Shown: positions 15,590-27,618, numbered from the stretch's first letter. The stretch is DNA of 64,000 nucleotides from Eledone cirrhosa (GCA_964016885.1 OZ024750.1:15314001-15378000), one strand, 5' to 3'. Made by a program: numbers and translations. Notes: generated from the letters alone by a model not told the origin.

Positions 15590-16122
15590 AATGGACTGTA
15601 CTTGCAACATCCTAACTAGCCATGCACTTTCTGCTTCTGTCCCATATCACTATGTCTGGTTTGTTGTGTTCGCATTTTATTTTATTTTATCGTGTTTTGA
15701 CTAAAACATTCCACCTTTACTCTTTCATATTATGTATGTATATATCCTCCACAATACTGTAATGTTTTATGTTTATTGTCGGAGCTATCCTTTCTACGGA
15801 TTGTATAGTGTTTTGGCTACTACATCCTGCCTCATGGGTAGATTGTACTGCGGTGACATTTCTGATAGCTGCTTATGACATGGATGACCTCTTCGATGTT
15901 AATTCCGCAGAGTCTGCATCTGTTGTCACATCTAAGTGTTTGCCTATGGTTGTTACTCCAAGATAGACTACTTTTCTTATCTACATTACTTACAATTTGG
16001 ACTTTCCTGGCAACATAGCCATAATGTTTTGCTGATAAGTAAGCAGCTTTTCATTCAGGAATTCATTACAGTATTGCTGTGCAATTTCCCTAAATGAAAA
16101 TGTTTGCTTCTTCCCAACTCTC
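15590..16122 (-). mobile_element. Degenerate R4/Dong-like (RLE) retrotransposon fragment
   Basis: Minus strand gives CRLCGINIEEVIHVISS (zinc knuckle), MRQDVVAK and HNKPDIVIWD...DV (PD-D endonuclease); abuts (ATGT)n. Confidence 0.65.
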
Positions 16123-16871
16123 ATGTATGTATGTATGTATGTATGTATGTATGTATGTATGCATGCATGTATGTATGCATACATATATCTATATATGTAT
16201 ATATGTATGTATGCATGTACGTATGTATATGATTGTGCTACACATATGCATGGTTATTGGAGTGAGTATGTGTGCATCTGGTTATGGTTGTGTTTGTGAT
16301 TAAGTTGCAGAAAATTGAAACAAATTTTTTTTTTAATTTCCAAACCAATAGAAGGAATTGTTGGTATTTAATAATAGTTTATGCAGATTAAATATATTAA
16401 TAAGAATGCACGAAAATAAACAATATATAAAATGTATTTAATCTAGAGAAAACAGATCGAACCATTAATTTATGCATGCGCGTCACACACATATATATAT
16501 ATATATATATATGACCAGCTTAGATGGGGGTTTTGTAGTACGGCGGAATTTTGTATGTTAAACTAGGAGGATACTGACCGTTTGATGAAATTGTGAGTAC
16601 TTTAACGTTTTCCTATGTTAACCCTTCTGTACAATAACTACATTGTTCTCATAGCTTTAGGCTTCTGGCTGGGTTGTTGTATTACAATTACTCCTTTGCG
16701 TATTCTCCAAACACCAAACGAATTTGTTGAGCAAATTGTAAACCATGTTCGGTTGAAAGTGTAGAAGCATTAGAGGTGTATATGAAGGCATAAGCTAGTA
16801 TCGCTATGTTTATGTATGATAAACATATACGACTCGCTGTGTCTGTTTTATGTTAGGATCATGTCACGCTT

Positions 16872-16935
16872 CTCAATAGACGTGTGGGAACGCAAGATAC
16901 GAGTGTTTCGGGATGCTTTATCCATCATCAGTGAG
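16872..16935 (-). ncRNA. Hammerhead core with imperfect stems I and III
   Basis: Minus strand: CTCA-CTGATGA-t-GGAT-aaagc-ATCC-c-GAAAC...GTC-tat-TGAG. Core and stem II are intact; the stem I register is offset. Confidence 0.5.
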
Positions 16936-17550
16936 GCTTATTCACTCAATACTGATATTACAATAAACTTTGGCTTACATACTTTTGCGTATATAATATC
17001 TGCTTAAGAAGTTCATTTAACATACTACAGTGGGGGCTGAATTTAGCTGGAACTCATTAGCAGTATCAGTAATATATCGTGATTCATAATAAAGGTGTAT
17101 TTGAAGAAATATACGATATAAAAGTATATCTGATTGGATAGCATCGTCATGACGTCACAAAATCCCAGCCGTTATCAATATATCTTGTTTTATTTGATTT
17201 TAAATGTCGGTTAATATTACGTCGGTATTCTGAAATGTAATTAACCAAGTTGAGAATACTAATGAAAACTGTACGCTCCATTAGATTAATATATACACTA
17301 AAATCCTCTCGATATGTTTACATTCCTCCTCTTTTATAAATAACTAATGTGTGTGCATACCTCTATGTACACTCACCCCACAAACTAAGTTTACACATAC
17401 ACGCACAAGCAGACAAACAGACTCATACATACGCACATACACACCACCACCACCACCACTACGACCACCTCCATTACATGCACTCAAAACACCCAGTTTA
17501 GACTAAGCAGCCACAAAACGTATCAAACAGACATGCACACACACACACAA

Positions 17551-17716
<166 letters not shown>

Positions 17717-17722
17717 TATTTT

Positions 17723-17795
<73 letters not shown>

Positions 17796-17811
17796 GTATG
17801 TATATACATAC

Positions 17812-17898
<87 letters not shown>

Positions 17899-18360
17899 TA
17901 TATTTATACATATGTTTGTGTGTGTATGTATGTATGTATGTATGTATGTATACATCTATTAGAGTAAGTGTTAAAAATGCCGTAGTATTTAAAACATTCA
18001 AACATTAACTAAATGAACTCCCAATACTATATTTATATAGATGGAGCACACATTCTTCATTAATTGATGGTATTTTATTAATTACATTTCAGAATACCAA
18101 TACAATATTAACTGACATTTAAAAGCAGCAAATAGAATGAAATATATTGACAACGGCTGACACTGGAGTGAAACAGGCGTTCAGGAAAGTAGTGGAATTT
18201 TTGACGTCATGACGTTACTATCCAATCGGATAAAATTTGATCTTGTGTACGTTCAGACAAGTGAATGCAAGATCGATAATAAATCGATAGCTAAATAGAT
18301 AACTAGATATGTAGATAGATAGATAGATAGAGAGATAGAGAGATAGATAGATAGATAGGG

Positions 18361-18407
<47 letters not shown>

Positions 18408-18408
<1 letters not shown>

Positions 18409-19196
18409 TTCTTTATTAGCCACAGGGGCACAAAAGAAGGGGACAAATACAAAGGGGGAAGTTTACATACAATAAAAACGTGTAAAATATTATCACAAAT
18501 GCAATTTAAAAGTTAATCGATTTCCCCAATAGGGAAGACATTTCATATGGGTAACACATACCGCCGAAAAAATGTGCTACCCTCATCTCCAGGAGTACGA
18601 AGAATTTGAACCCCTTTCCTCTCTTCCTCTTTTTTCTCAACCTACAGGCTGATATAGAGAGAATGCCCATTCACTCGGGCCATTCTCGCCACTTTCACTC
18701 ACCTTTCATAAAACTTGCTGGGGTACAGCACCTCTCTCTCCATCCTGACTCTTCTTCCAAAGTGGTATTTGAAAAAAAGAATCAGTTGTTGGCCGGAGAG
18801 ATCGTAGTCACAGATAGATAGATATATTTCTTTATTTGCCACAAGGGCGCACAAGAAAAGAAGGCAAAACAAAGACACATGCCGGGGATTTTACATACAA
18901 TCGTGTAAAAATATTGAAACAAACAAATTAAACAATCGAAATCCTCAATAGGGGGGAGGCGCCACAAATGGGTTGTTTAACACCCTGTGGATAGAACAAC
19001 CCTCAACTTCAGGAGCGTGTTGTGTAGATAGATAGATTGATTGACAGTCAGACAGACAGACAGATAGACGGCGGTGGTTTTACATAAATCTTTAACATTA
19101 ATAAATAACAATAAACTATATATGAAATAAGATAGATAGATAGGTAGACAGACAGACAGACAGACAAACAAACACTCAGACAGATAGATAGATAGG

Positions 19197-19249
<53 letters not shown>

Positions 19250-19664
19250 TTCTTTATTTGTCACAAGGGCGCACAAGAAAAGGGGACAATACACAGATAG
19301 ATATATTTCTTTATTAGCCACAGGGGCACACAAGAAGGGGACACATACAATAAAAACGTGTAAAATGTTATCACAAATGGAATTTAAAAAAGTTGGTCGA
19401 TTTTCCCCAATAGAGGGAGACAGTTTATATGGGTAACACATACCCCCGAAAAAAAATGTGCAACCCTCATCTCCAGGAGTTCTAAGAGTTTGTACTGCTT
19501 TCCTCTCCTCCTCCTTTTCCTCAACCTACAGGCTGATATAGAGAGAAGGCCCATTCACTCGGGCCATTCTCGCCACTTTCACCCACCTTTCATAAAACTT
19601 GCTGGGGTACAGCACCTCTCTCTCCATCCTGATTCTTCTTCCAAAGTGGTATTTGAAAAAAGAC

Positions 19665-19697
<33 letters not shown>

Positions 19698-20223
19698 TGT
19701 TTCTTTTATTTGCCACTAGGGCATCAAAAGTGGGACAAGTACAAAGGGGGGAGTTTACACAAAAAGGCGTCCTCAATAAGGAGGAGGCAATAACAAAATA
19801 TAAAAATAAAATAAGATATAACAAAAAATAAAATTTTTAACAAAATCCTCAATAGAGAGGAGGCGCCTTGGGGGATCGCACACACCCCCGAAAAAAGTGT
19901 GCAACCCTTCTCCTCAGGAGCACAGAGAAGGGGTGCTCCCTTGGTCTTTCATCTTCCTCACCTATAGTCTGATGTAGAGTGAAGGCCCATTCACACGGGC
20001 CATTCTCGCCACTTTCACCCATCTTTCATAGAAACGGCTGGGATGCAGCACCTCTCTCTCCATCCTGATCCTTCTTCCGAAATGATATCGGAAGAAACGG
20101 ACCAGTTGTTGGCCAGAGAGAAAGGTGCCTGACCTCAGTCCTTTCAGACGCGTCCACCATACAACCTCTTTCGCCATGGCTATTACGCACAGAAACACCT
20201 CCTCTGCTTCATCTTTGAAGGGG

Positions 20224-20224
<1 letters not shown>
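18408..20224 (-). mobile_element. Stack of five 5'-truncated Tx1/L1-type LINE 3' ends within a (GATA)n tract
   Basis: Copies at about 18408-18811, 18827-19025, 19248-19293, 19307-19662 and 19699-20224, all ending GGC(T/A)AATAAAGAAA or a close variant before (TCTA)n on the minus strand. The longest encodes ...AMAKEVVWWTRLK...FFRYH...RFYERWVKVARM, a Tx1-like ORF2 C-terminus. Confidence 0.72.
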
Positions 20225-20285
<61 letters not shown>

Positions 20286-20709
20286 ATAAACGTGTAAGTA
20301 CCGTCTTGCACAAACGGGCCTGTTGCTGTAAACCAACAAATGTCTCTTCATACATTAAAACAAATCATTTTTATACATTTTCTAGTCTCCTTTGGGATCG
20401 ATTTTACTTCTTGAAAGCCATTTAAAACGTACTTCCCCTCCAGTAAAACCTTTTTGCCTTTTGCCTATATCATCAATCATCATCATCATCATCATAAAAT
20501 GACCATCATCACCCTCATTGGCGTCATTATATCCTTAGTCTTGTTATGTATTTCCACTAGATACATGCGAGATATTAACACTTTTACGAACGCGCTTCTA
20601 TTTCATTTCCTTTGTTGTGAATGTTTAGTGTTATTGTTTCTAGAGTAATTTGGAAACGCACAAAGAGTACAGGTTAGCTTCATAGATAATAAACACAACC
20701 ACAAGGATA

Positions 20710-20903
20710 TGGTCCGAACTTAGAAGAGACGAACTCTCACTGTCATCGCCTCCATCTCTCTCGCCCTCCCCATCTCTCTGTATGGTGAGCAAATGGGGTC
20801 CCACGTGCTGGCCTCCCCACAGCCCCGATGGACAGAATGGAGAAGGCGTTTCCCCGAAGGATGGTAAGGGAGATGCACTGGAAGAGCCATTCCATCTCGC
20901 GAG
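20710..20903 (-). mobile_element. 3' end fragment of the CRE-like family (intronic)
   Basis: Reverse-complement similarity to 58195-58385 (ggacagaatggagaaggcgtttc; ctgtcatcgcctccatctctctcgccct). Confidence 0.75.
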
Positions 20904-21079
20904 TGTTATATTAGGGATTTGTTTCTTTTTTAAGTGAGTTGAATTATTCTGTTGGTGTTAGTTGCATTCATTGTTTGCCACGCGGGTTATATTATAGTAA
21001 TTGAAGAGTACAGACAGGGTACTGTATGAGTTATGATCTTGAAGTGAAAGTGTCTTGCGTAGGATGTTGGCTGCACTTG

Positions 21080-21275
21080 TTGGCAGTATCGGCAGAGCGT
21101 CGGACAGCATGCTTTATGGCATGGGGTTATGCTCCTTTCAAATTCCATCGAGGTTAGCTTTGCCTTTCATCATTACGGAATAGATAAAATAAAGTACTAG
21201 TAACGAATTGTGGTCGATTTAATCGATTTTCCCCTCCACCAAAATTATTGGCCTTATGCTTAAATCTGAAACCAA
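21080..21275 (+). mobile_element. SINE family 1, diverged
   Basis: Same head and central motif, with an extra gtcgatttaatcg segment. Confidence 0.7.
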
Positions 21276-21826
21276 TATTTTAGACTATGTGTAAAATCAT
21301 AAACCCCCTGTTTTTCTTTTTTCACGTTTCTTATCATACGCATTGCATTGAATATAATTGAGTCATTTTTTTGTTTACTTCCATACCTAACAATTTATTT
21401 ATATCTATTTCGGATTCTTTTATTGAGTGCTTTCACTCCACAATCAGCGGAAGTTCCATGTGTTTTAATTACGTAAACCATTTCACTTTGATTTATGTTT
21501 ATCTATTGTATTAGAAGTACTTTATATAATACCAAAACAGTGCCGGGTAGTGTTATTTTTTATATATATTGTATATGTGTAATGATTAATTAAACTGGAA
21601 GAATATTGATAGTTCTTGGTTGTATCAAGTTAATAGGTTACTTTTATAGATTAGAAACATTTGCTCTCCTATAAATTACAAGTTTATTTGTTATTTGTGC
21701 ATTTCTCTAAAATTGGATTTCATAAATAATGCTAGATATTTGATTATTGGTGGTAAATTTTAGTGTTTAAACAAAAACGGGACTCAAGAGCCTTCATTGA
21801 TTATCATTAATTTTAAAACGAAATGA

Positions 21827-22030
21827 GGGCGGTGGATTGGCAGTATCGGTAAAGGGTCGGACGCCATGCTTTGCAGCATAGAGTTACGATCTGAGTTTAA
21901 ATCCCGCCGAGGTTAACTTTGCCTTTCATCCTTACGGGGTCGCTAAATTAAAGTACCAGACACGCACTGGGGTCGATTTAATGTATTTCCTCCTCCCCGA
22001 AAATTACTGGCCTTGTGCCTATACTATAAA
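21827..22030 (+). mobile_element. SINE family 1
   Basis: Full-length copy; ATTAATTTTAAAACGAAAT is repeated on both sides (TSD-like). Confidence 0.8.
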
Positions 22031-22787
22031 TCATTTTAATATAAGAAACCATTAATTTTAAAACGAAATTCCAGTATGTTGTTATCGAGATATTTGTATC
22101 GAGTTTTGTGTTCTGGGGCTCAAATAAACCGAATTTTAGTTCATGCTTTATTAAGTAGTGTCAGATGCTTTGGCTGTGTCGAGGATATTTCTGTTGATTA
22201 GCATGGTTTTCTTTTAATTCTTCTAGTTATTTTGGCAGTAAAAGCTTCATAGTTCATGCATACGACGGAATCTAATTAGACACAACACTTAGTGAACAAA
22301 AATATTATATTCCTTTCCACTGCTAATCATACACGCTGTCAGAGAATATGATCAGCTCGAGGCAAAAATACATTCTTTTTAAAAAATCAATTGTTTCAAA
22401 GTCTTGATACTAACTCTGAGATACTTTTGCAATGAGATGGCAGGCGGGAAAAGCAGAATCTATGCATGGAAGAACATTGCCTGGAAAACCATTAAAATAT
22501 CAACCACAAACAATGCTAAATGGTTTCATTTTCATGTTTATTTCTTGCGTCATCTTCATCGACAACTCACTTTTTAACATAGAAGAATAAATGATGAAAA
22601 CATTGTTAGCTATATTTTATAAATGAATATGCGAGTTTTTGCATGGATGTCCCTACGGATATTAATAACGTTTGTTTGTTAATATTATATTGTTTACTAT
22701 ATAACATCACTTGAAGTTCTATATCTCCTTTGAGATATATTTCTAGTTAAAGGCGACGTTTATAAATATATATATATATATTTGTGT

Positions 22788-22857
<70 letters not shown>

Positions 22858-23469
22858 CCCGCGTGTGTGTGTGTACGTAGATATATGTGTGGGTGTACGT
22901 GTGTATAATTAACATGTTTTCATAAATAATAGTTATTCCTCTAAGGAATACTATAAAATGGCCTCTGTTGAATGTACAGTCATATTATCCACTACTCCAC
23001 GGCATTCTTACACAGAGAGAAATTTGTAATTCATACTTTCTAAGCAACCTTTACAAATGCCCACAATAAATATTAATGGTTAACTTATAAAGAAAACAAA
23101 CTTTTGCATGAAAAATTAATATTAATTTGATTGAGTTATATTATTATTCTTACACATTCTATCTACCCCGGAGAGAGAAAAGCGAATTTTAACGTGATGG
23201 ATTCTCATTCCAGTGCTCCGCAGTTATTATTAAATCTTTCAGCGCCTTTTAACCTTAGACCAATTGCATATATTTGCTAAACTATATATAGGAGGCGTTC
23301 CAAATCAATGTAAGCCACTAGCAAACTGTAAAAACGTGCTAACATCTTTGGACGAATTATGAGCGCTACAGACTAAACGTCATTGTGCATAATGGAACTG
23401 ACAGCAGCATTGCCTATACGGAGTAATTATATGACGAAGCTCTAGCACTATCATGATTTCGACACGTTT

Positions 23470-23668
23470 AGAACAAAGATCTGATAACTAACTTTAACAA
23501 ACTATGACTAACCATTACTATCTCTGCCAACATCACGAGGGTTAATTTCCAAGATATTAGCTTCGTCTTAGGCATACGCACATTCAGAACCTGCCACAAA
23601 CCCAAAGAAAAACTTAGGTATATTCATAAGGATTTACCCCCGCTACCTATAGTCATAAAAAAATCTCA
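23470..23668 (+). pseudogene. Degenerate Penelope-like element reverse transcriptase remnant
   Basis: Manual translation KDLITNFNKL*LTITISANITRVNFQDISFVLGIRTFRTCHKPKEKLRYIHKDLPPLPIVIKK resembles the PLE RT7/thumb pattern ITI..N...VNFLD.......Y.KP....YIH..SNHPP.IIK. Interrupted by a SINE. Confidence 0.55.
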
Positions 23669-23674
23669 TTAATA

Positions 23675-23838
23675 ATTGTTTCTACTTTTGGCACAAGGCC
23701 AGCAATTACCCAGTGCATCACTGGTTCTTTATTTTATCGACCCCATAAGGATGGAAGGCAAAGTTAACCTCGACGGGATTTGAACTCAGAATGGCAAGGA
23801 CCGAAACTCTATGTGTCAAAGCATGGCGTCCGACGCAT
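23675..23838 (-). mobile_element. SINE family 1
   Basis: Reverse-complement copy inserted after the PLE RT remnant. Confidence 0.8.
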
Positions 23839-23842
23839 ACAG

Positions 23843-23885
<43 letters not shown>

Positions 23886-24590
23886 CAAATTTTAGTACAG
23901 CATCAACGAAGCTTTTGGTAGCAGCCAAGCTAACGAATGCAGTTTCGGTGTGCAGCTAAGCACTCAATGGAGAATATTACCCCAGAGTTATAACATTACG
24001 TTTAGACAGCTTTGCAAATCAAATACAGCGACCGATAGACGGGCCGCAGCAGAGACCATAGCAACGAAAAAAAATGAACTCTGGAAAACTCTTTGACTGA
24101 CCTGGACCATCGCGTAGACATTACATGCAACACATAATGTATACCATACAATATACATCACATACAGCATACAACATCTCCTTTAGGTTTCTGTAAATCC
24201 GAAATCAACAAAATCCACTTGCAGGGGTCTGTAAGTTAATGGCTTTTGACGACAGAACAAAGGAATTTACTTCGTCAACAAATATATATATATATATGAA
24301 TGTATGTATGTATAGTATATTTGGCAATATACTGTATGTTTAATTTAAAACATTTAGAAGACCATTCGGTATGAGTTTTAAAGTAGTGACTATATCATTT
24401 ACTTATTCTCGGCAAAAACAACAGAGAGTGGCCGACAGCCAGTGTGTTTCTCGCTTGTGAGAGTTTCTCAAGACCACACACTCAGTTGCCTTTGCCGAGA
24501 ATTATAGAGGCTGGATTCTTATAGAATTCCAGTAATAATCAGGAGCTGATTTTACAGAGCGATTGCCGGTCCAGCAAAAATTAAAATATA

Positions 24591-24622
<32 letters not shown>

Positions 24623-24623
<1 letters not shown>

Positions 24624-24718
24624 GGAACAAGTAAGACCCCGACGGCTGAGCTACTACCCTAAGTATTGAGTACTTTGGTGCGTTATGGTCCACCTGGTTC
24701 CTTACCACATTTCCTTCG

Positions 24719-24720
<2 letters not shown>
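24623..24720. mobile_element. Family A internally deleted copy
   Basis: Left arm to ...GGCTGAGCT is joined directly to ACTACCCTAAGTATTGAG...CCTTCGTT. Confidence 0.75.
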
Positions 24721-24777
<57 letters not shown>

Positions 24778-24816
24778 ATTAAATAAATGGAAAACTATAT
24801 TTATAAAACCATATTT

Positions 24817-24880
24817 ATTTCATTATATATATTTCGGGGATATCATATTAACAATATGCTATGCCTTCATCAGACAAAAT
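24817..24880 (-). ncRNA. Minimal type I hammerhead motif
   Basis: Minus strand: ATTTTGT-CTGATGA-aggcatagcatatt-gtt-aatatgatatcccc-GAAA-tatata-TA-ATGAAAT. Stem I includes G-U pairs; flanked by (TA)n tracts. Confidence 0.7.
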
Positions 24881-25083
24881 ACAATATAAACAGTTTTATA
24901 GATAAATATATTCGACATACCGTAATAAACATCAACTTCATTTGAAGAGGTTTACGCTAGCAGTGAAAATACAGAGAGAAAGTAAGAGAGAAAGAAAAGA
25001 AAATACTCCAAATATTTGTCGAGTGCTTTTATATCAGTTATAAATATTTACTAGTTGTAACCCAACAATTTTAAATATAACTT

Positions 25084-25191
<108 letters not shown>

Positions 25192-25452
25192 GTAATAAGA
25201 TGTATCATACCTAAACTGCTTCTAAATTATATCTAATGTTTCTTCTCTCTTCATAATGTACTTTATAGCTCTGATACTGGTTCAGTCTAATCCATTCGGA
25301 TTGGTTTGTCCCAGTTATTCATAGAGCAACATCGGTTAAGGTTGGCACCATTAACTCAAGGATAGATGTGGATATATGCATGTATATGCGTGTGTCCGCA
25401 TGTATCTGTGTGTTTCTCTATATATTGTATATATATATATATATATATATAT

Positions 25453-25641
25453 AACGAAGGAAATGTGGTAAGGAACCAGGTGGACCATAACGCACCAAAG
25501 TACTCAATACTTGAGGTAGTAGAGTGGGTAATAGGAACCAGTAAGACCCCGACAGCTGAGCTCAAGCCGTTTCGACGGCTAATTCTGGACTGAATTAGCC
25601 GTCGAAACGGCTTGAGCTCAGCTGTCGGGGTCTTACTGGTT

Positions 25642-25683
<42 letters not shown>

Positions 25684-25792
25684 AACCAGTAAGACCCCGA
25701 CAGCTGAGCTCAAGCCGTTTCGACGGCGGCTAATTCTGGACTGAATTAGCCGTCGAGACGGCTTGAGCTCAGCTGTCGGGGTCTTACTGGTT

Positions 25793-25795
<3 letters not shown>
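25453..25795. mobile_element. Palindromic (TA)n-embedded mini-element family A, two adjacent copies (25453-25644, 25681-25795)
   Basis: Arms AGGAACCAGTAAGACCCCGACAGCTGAGCTCAAGCCGTTTCGACGGC and its reverse complement; one arm is extended by about 80 bp to AACGAAGGAAATG. Every end abuts TA repeats. Confidence 0.8.
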
Positions 25796-25852
<57 letters not shown>

Positions 25853-25916
25853 TGTGTGTGTGGGTGGATTTTAGTCTTTTTCATATTTTTAATATATTTT
25901 CCTCTGTATTTTTCAG

Positions 25917-26159
25917 GCTGACCTAGTTAACCTATGCGTGAAAATATTCCCATGCTGCATCTGCTTAAAGAGATTAATGAGACGAAGGATTAGCATGTCG
26001 ACATATGATACGGGTGTGTTCCGTCGTCAAAGTGCAATCCACTACAAGGCGAGAACGCGTCCGGGATTTACTAATTCTACACCAAATGGAAATATGCGAA
26101 CAGCTTTTCAACCACATAAGTTCCACGCCATTGATATGAGAATGGAGCAAATAGATTAA
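25917..26159 (+). CDS. Same GPCR, terminal coding exon (helix 8, Cys cluster, Ser/Thr-rich C-tail)
   Basis: Pyrimidine tract plus tttcag acceptor ends at 25916. Phase-0 join reads NESFR|ADLVNLCVKIFPCCICLKRLMRRRISMSTYDT...MEQID*, giving helix 8, palmitoylation-type cysteines and RRxS kinase sites. Implied intron is 9020-25916. Confidence 0.82.
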   Translation, partial: ADLVNLCVKIFPCCICLKRLMRRRISMSTYDTGVFRRQSAIHYKARTRPGFTNSTPNGNMRTAFQPHKFHAIDMRMEQID

Positions 26160-26407
26160 AATGAACAGTATGCCATTTATCAAAGAAAATTACCGCCACA
26201 CGTATGTCTGTGTTTGTGTATGAGAATGTGTGTGTGAGAGAGAGAGAGAGAGTGATAGAGAGAGAGAGAAAGAGAGGGAGAGAGAGAAAGTGAGAAATAG
26301 AGAATATTTGGTGAAGGTGTGGTAGGTGTATGTCATTATGAGTGTGTGTATGTATTCGTGGGTGGGTAGGTGTATGAATGTATATGTGTATATATATATA
26401 TTATGTG

Positions 26408-26483
<76 letters not shown>

Positions 26484-26539
26484 CAAGAGACGTCAAGCAG
26501 AGGTACAAAAAGTCTTATTGTATATATATATATTATGTG

Positions 26540-26575
<36 letters not shown>

Positions 26576-26603
26576 CAAGAGACGTCAAGCAGAGGTACAA
26601 CAA

Positions 26604-26636
<33 letters not shown>

Positions 26637-26639
26637 TGA

Positions 26640-26688
26640 GATTCTACAGGACTAGAACTGTTTCATTCATTAGAAATCATCAGGAATC
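26640..26688 (-). ncRNA. Type I hammerhead motif, inverted copy of 26706-26754
   Basis: Exact reverse complement of the adjacent plus-strand motif, separated from it by 17 nt. Confidence 0.75.
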
Positions 26689-26705
26689 ACCCATTTCTGA
26701 TCACA

Positions 26706-26754
26706 GATTCCTGATGATTTCTAATGAATGAAACAGTTCTAGTCCTGTAGAATC
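26706..26754 (+). ncRNA. Type I hammerhead ribozyme motif
   Basis: GATTC-CTGATGA-t-TTC-taat-GAA-t-GAAA-CAG-ttctagtc-CTG-TA-GAATC: stem I GATTC/GAATC, full core, stems II and III, GUA cleavage site after 26749. U-U at the base of stem II. Confidence 0.75.
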
Positions 26755-26846
26755 TCATCTATATTAAAACTTTTATACTCTGCTATGTATTGAGTACCTT
26801 ACTTACTCTGGTTACCTCCGATTCAACCCGGAATAACGTACATATA

Positions 26847-26880
<34 letters not shown>

Positions 26881-26911
26881 GTTCAAGAGACGTCAAGCAG
26901 AGGTACAAAAA

Positions 26912-26961
<50 letters not shown>

Positions 26962-27030
26962 TCACATGTATAGCCGAAGGATTTTGTGTACATTAATCAG
27001 AAACACTTGCAAAGAAAATAACTCCAGCAA

Positions 27031-27036
27031 AATAAA
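27031..27036 (+). terminator. Candidate polyadenylation signal of the GPCR
   Basis: First canonical AATAAA I can find downstream of the stop at 26159 (an ATTAAA lies at 26763). Usage is unverified. Confidence 0.3.
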
Positions 27037-27369
27037 TTCATCTTTTGAGACATTCAATTAAAGGATGTCATTTACAGTTCTTAGTAGGTGTGTGTGATTG
27101 AATGCATTCTATATGTGTCATTGTCTCTAATACACTGAGGAGGGGGGGGGGCTCTTTCATTATCTTAATGGTGACAAGTAGATGTGAGATACAGGCCGCT
27201 AATCTATCATAGCTAATATTTTCGGAAAAACTGGAAACATTTCATGAAATCTTCGAAAAACTGGAAACATTTCATGAAATCTTCGCAAAATATAGTACCC
27301 TATTTTAACACATGGATTTAGATTTAGACTTCGAAACCCAACAGTTTGACCATATACACATGCGTAATA

Positions 27370-27559
27370 TTTGTTTCTACTCTTGGCACAAGGCCAGCAA
27401 TTATCCCAGTGTATTACTGGTACTTTATTTTATCGACCCCGTAAGGATGAAAGGCAAAGTTAACTTCGGCGGGATTTGAACTCAGATCATAAAGGGCCGT
27501 AACTCTTTGCTGCAAAGCATGACGTCTGACCCTCAACCGATACTGCCAATCCACCACCC
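27370..27559 (-). mobile_element. SINE family 1
   Basis: Full-length copy; TSD ATGCGTAATATT on both sides. Confidence 0.85.
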
Positions 27560-27585
27560 AAATGCGTAATATTAAGGATATCATA

Positions 27586-27618
<33 letters not shown>

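Noticed and set aside
25531-25646. Family A hairpins as pre-miRNAs or CRISPR repeats
   Set aside because: They are dispersed, variably truncated copies embedded in TA tracts with variable apices; a mobile-element origin explains them better.
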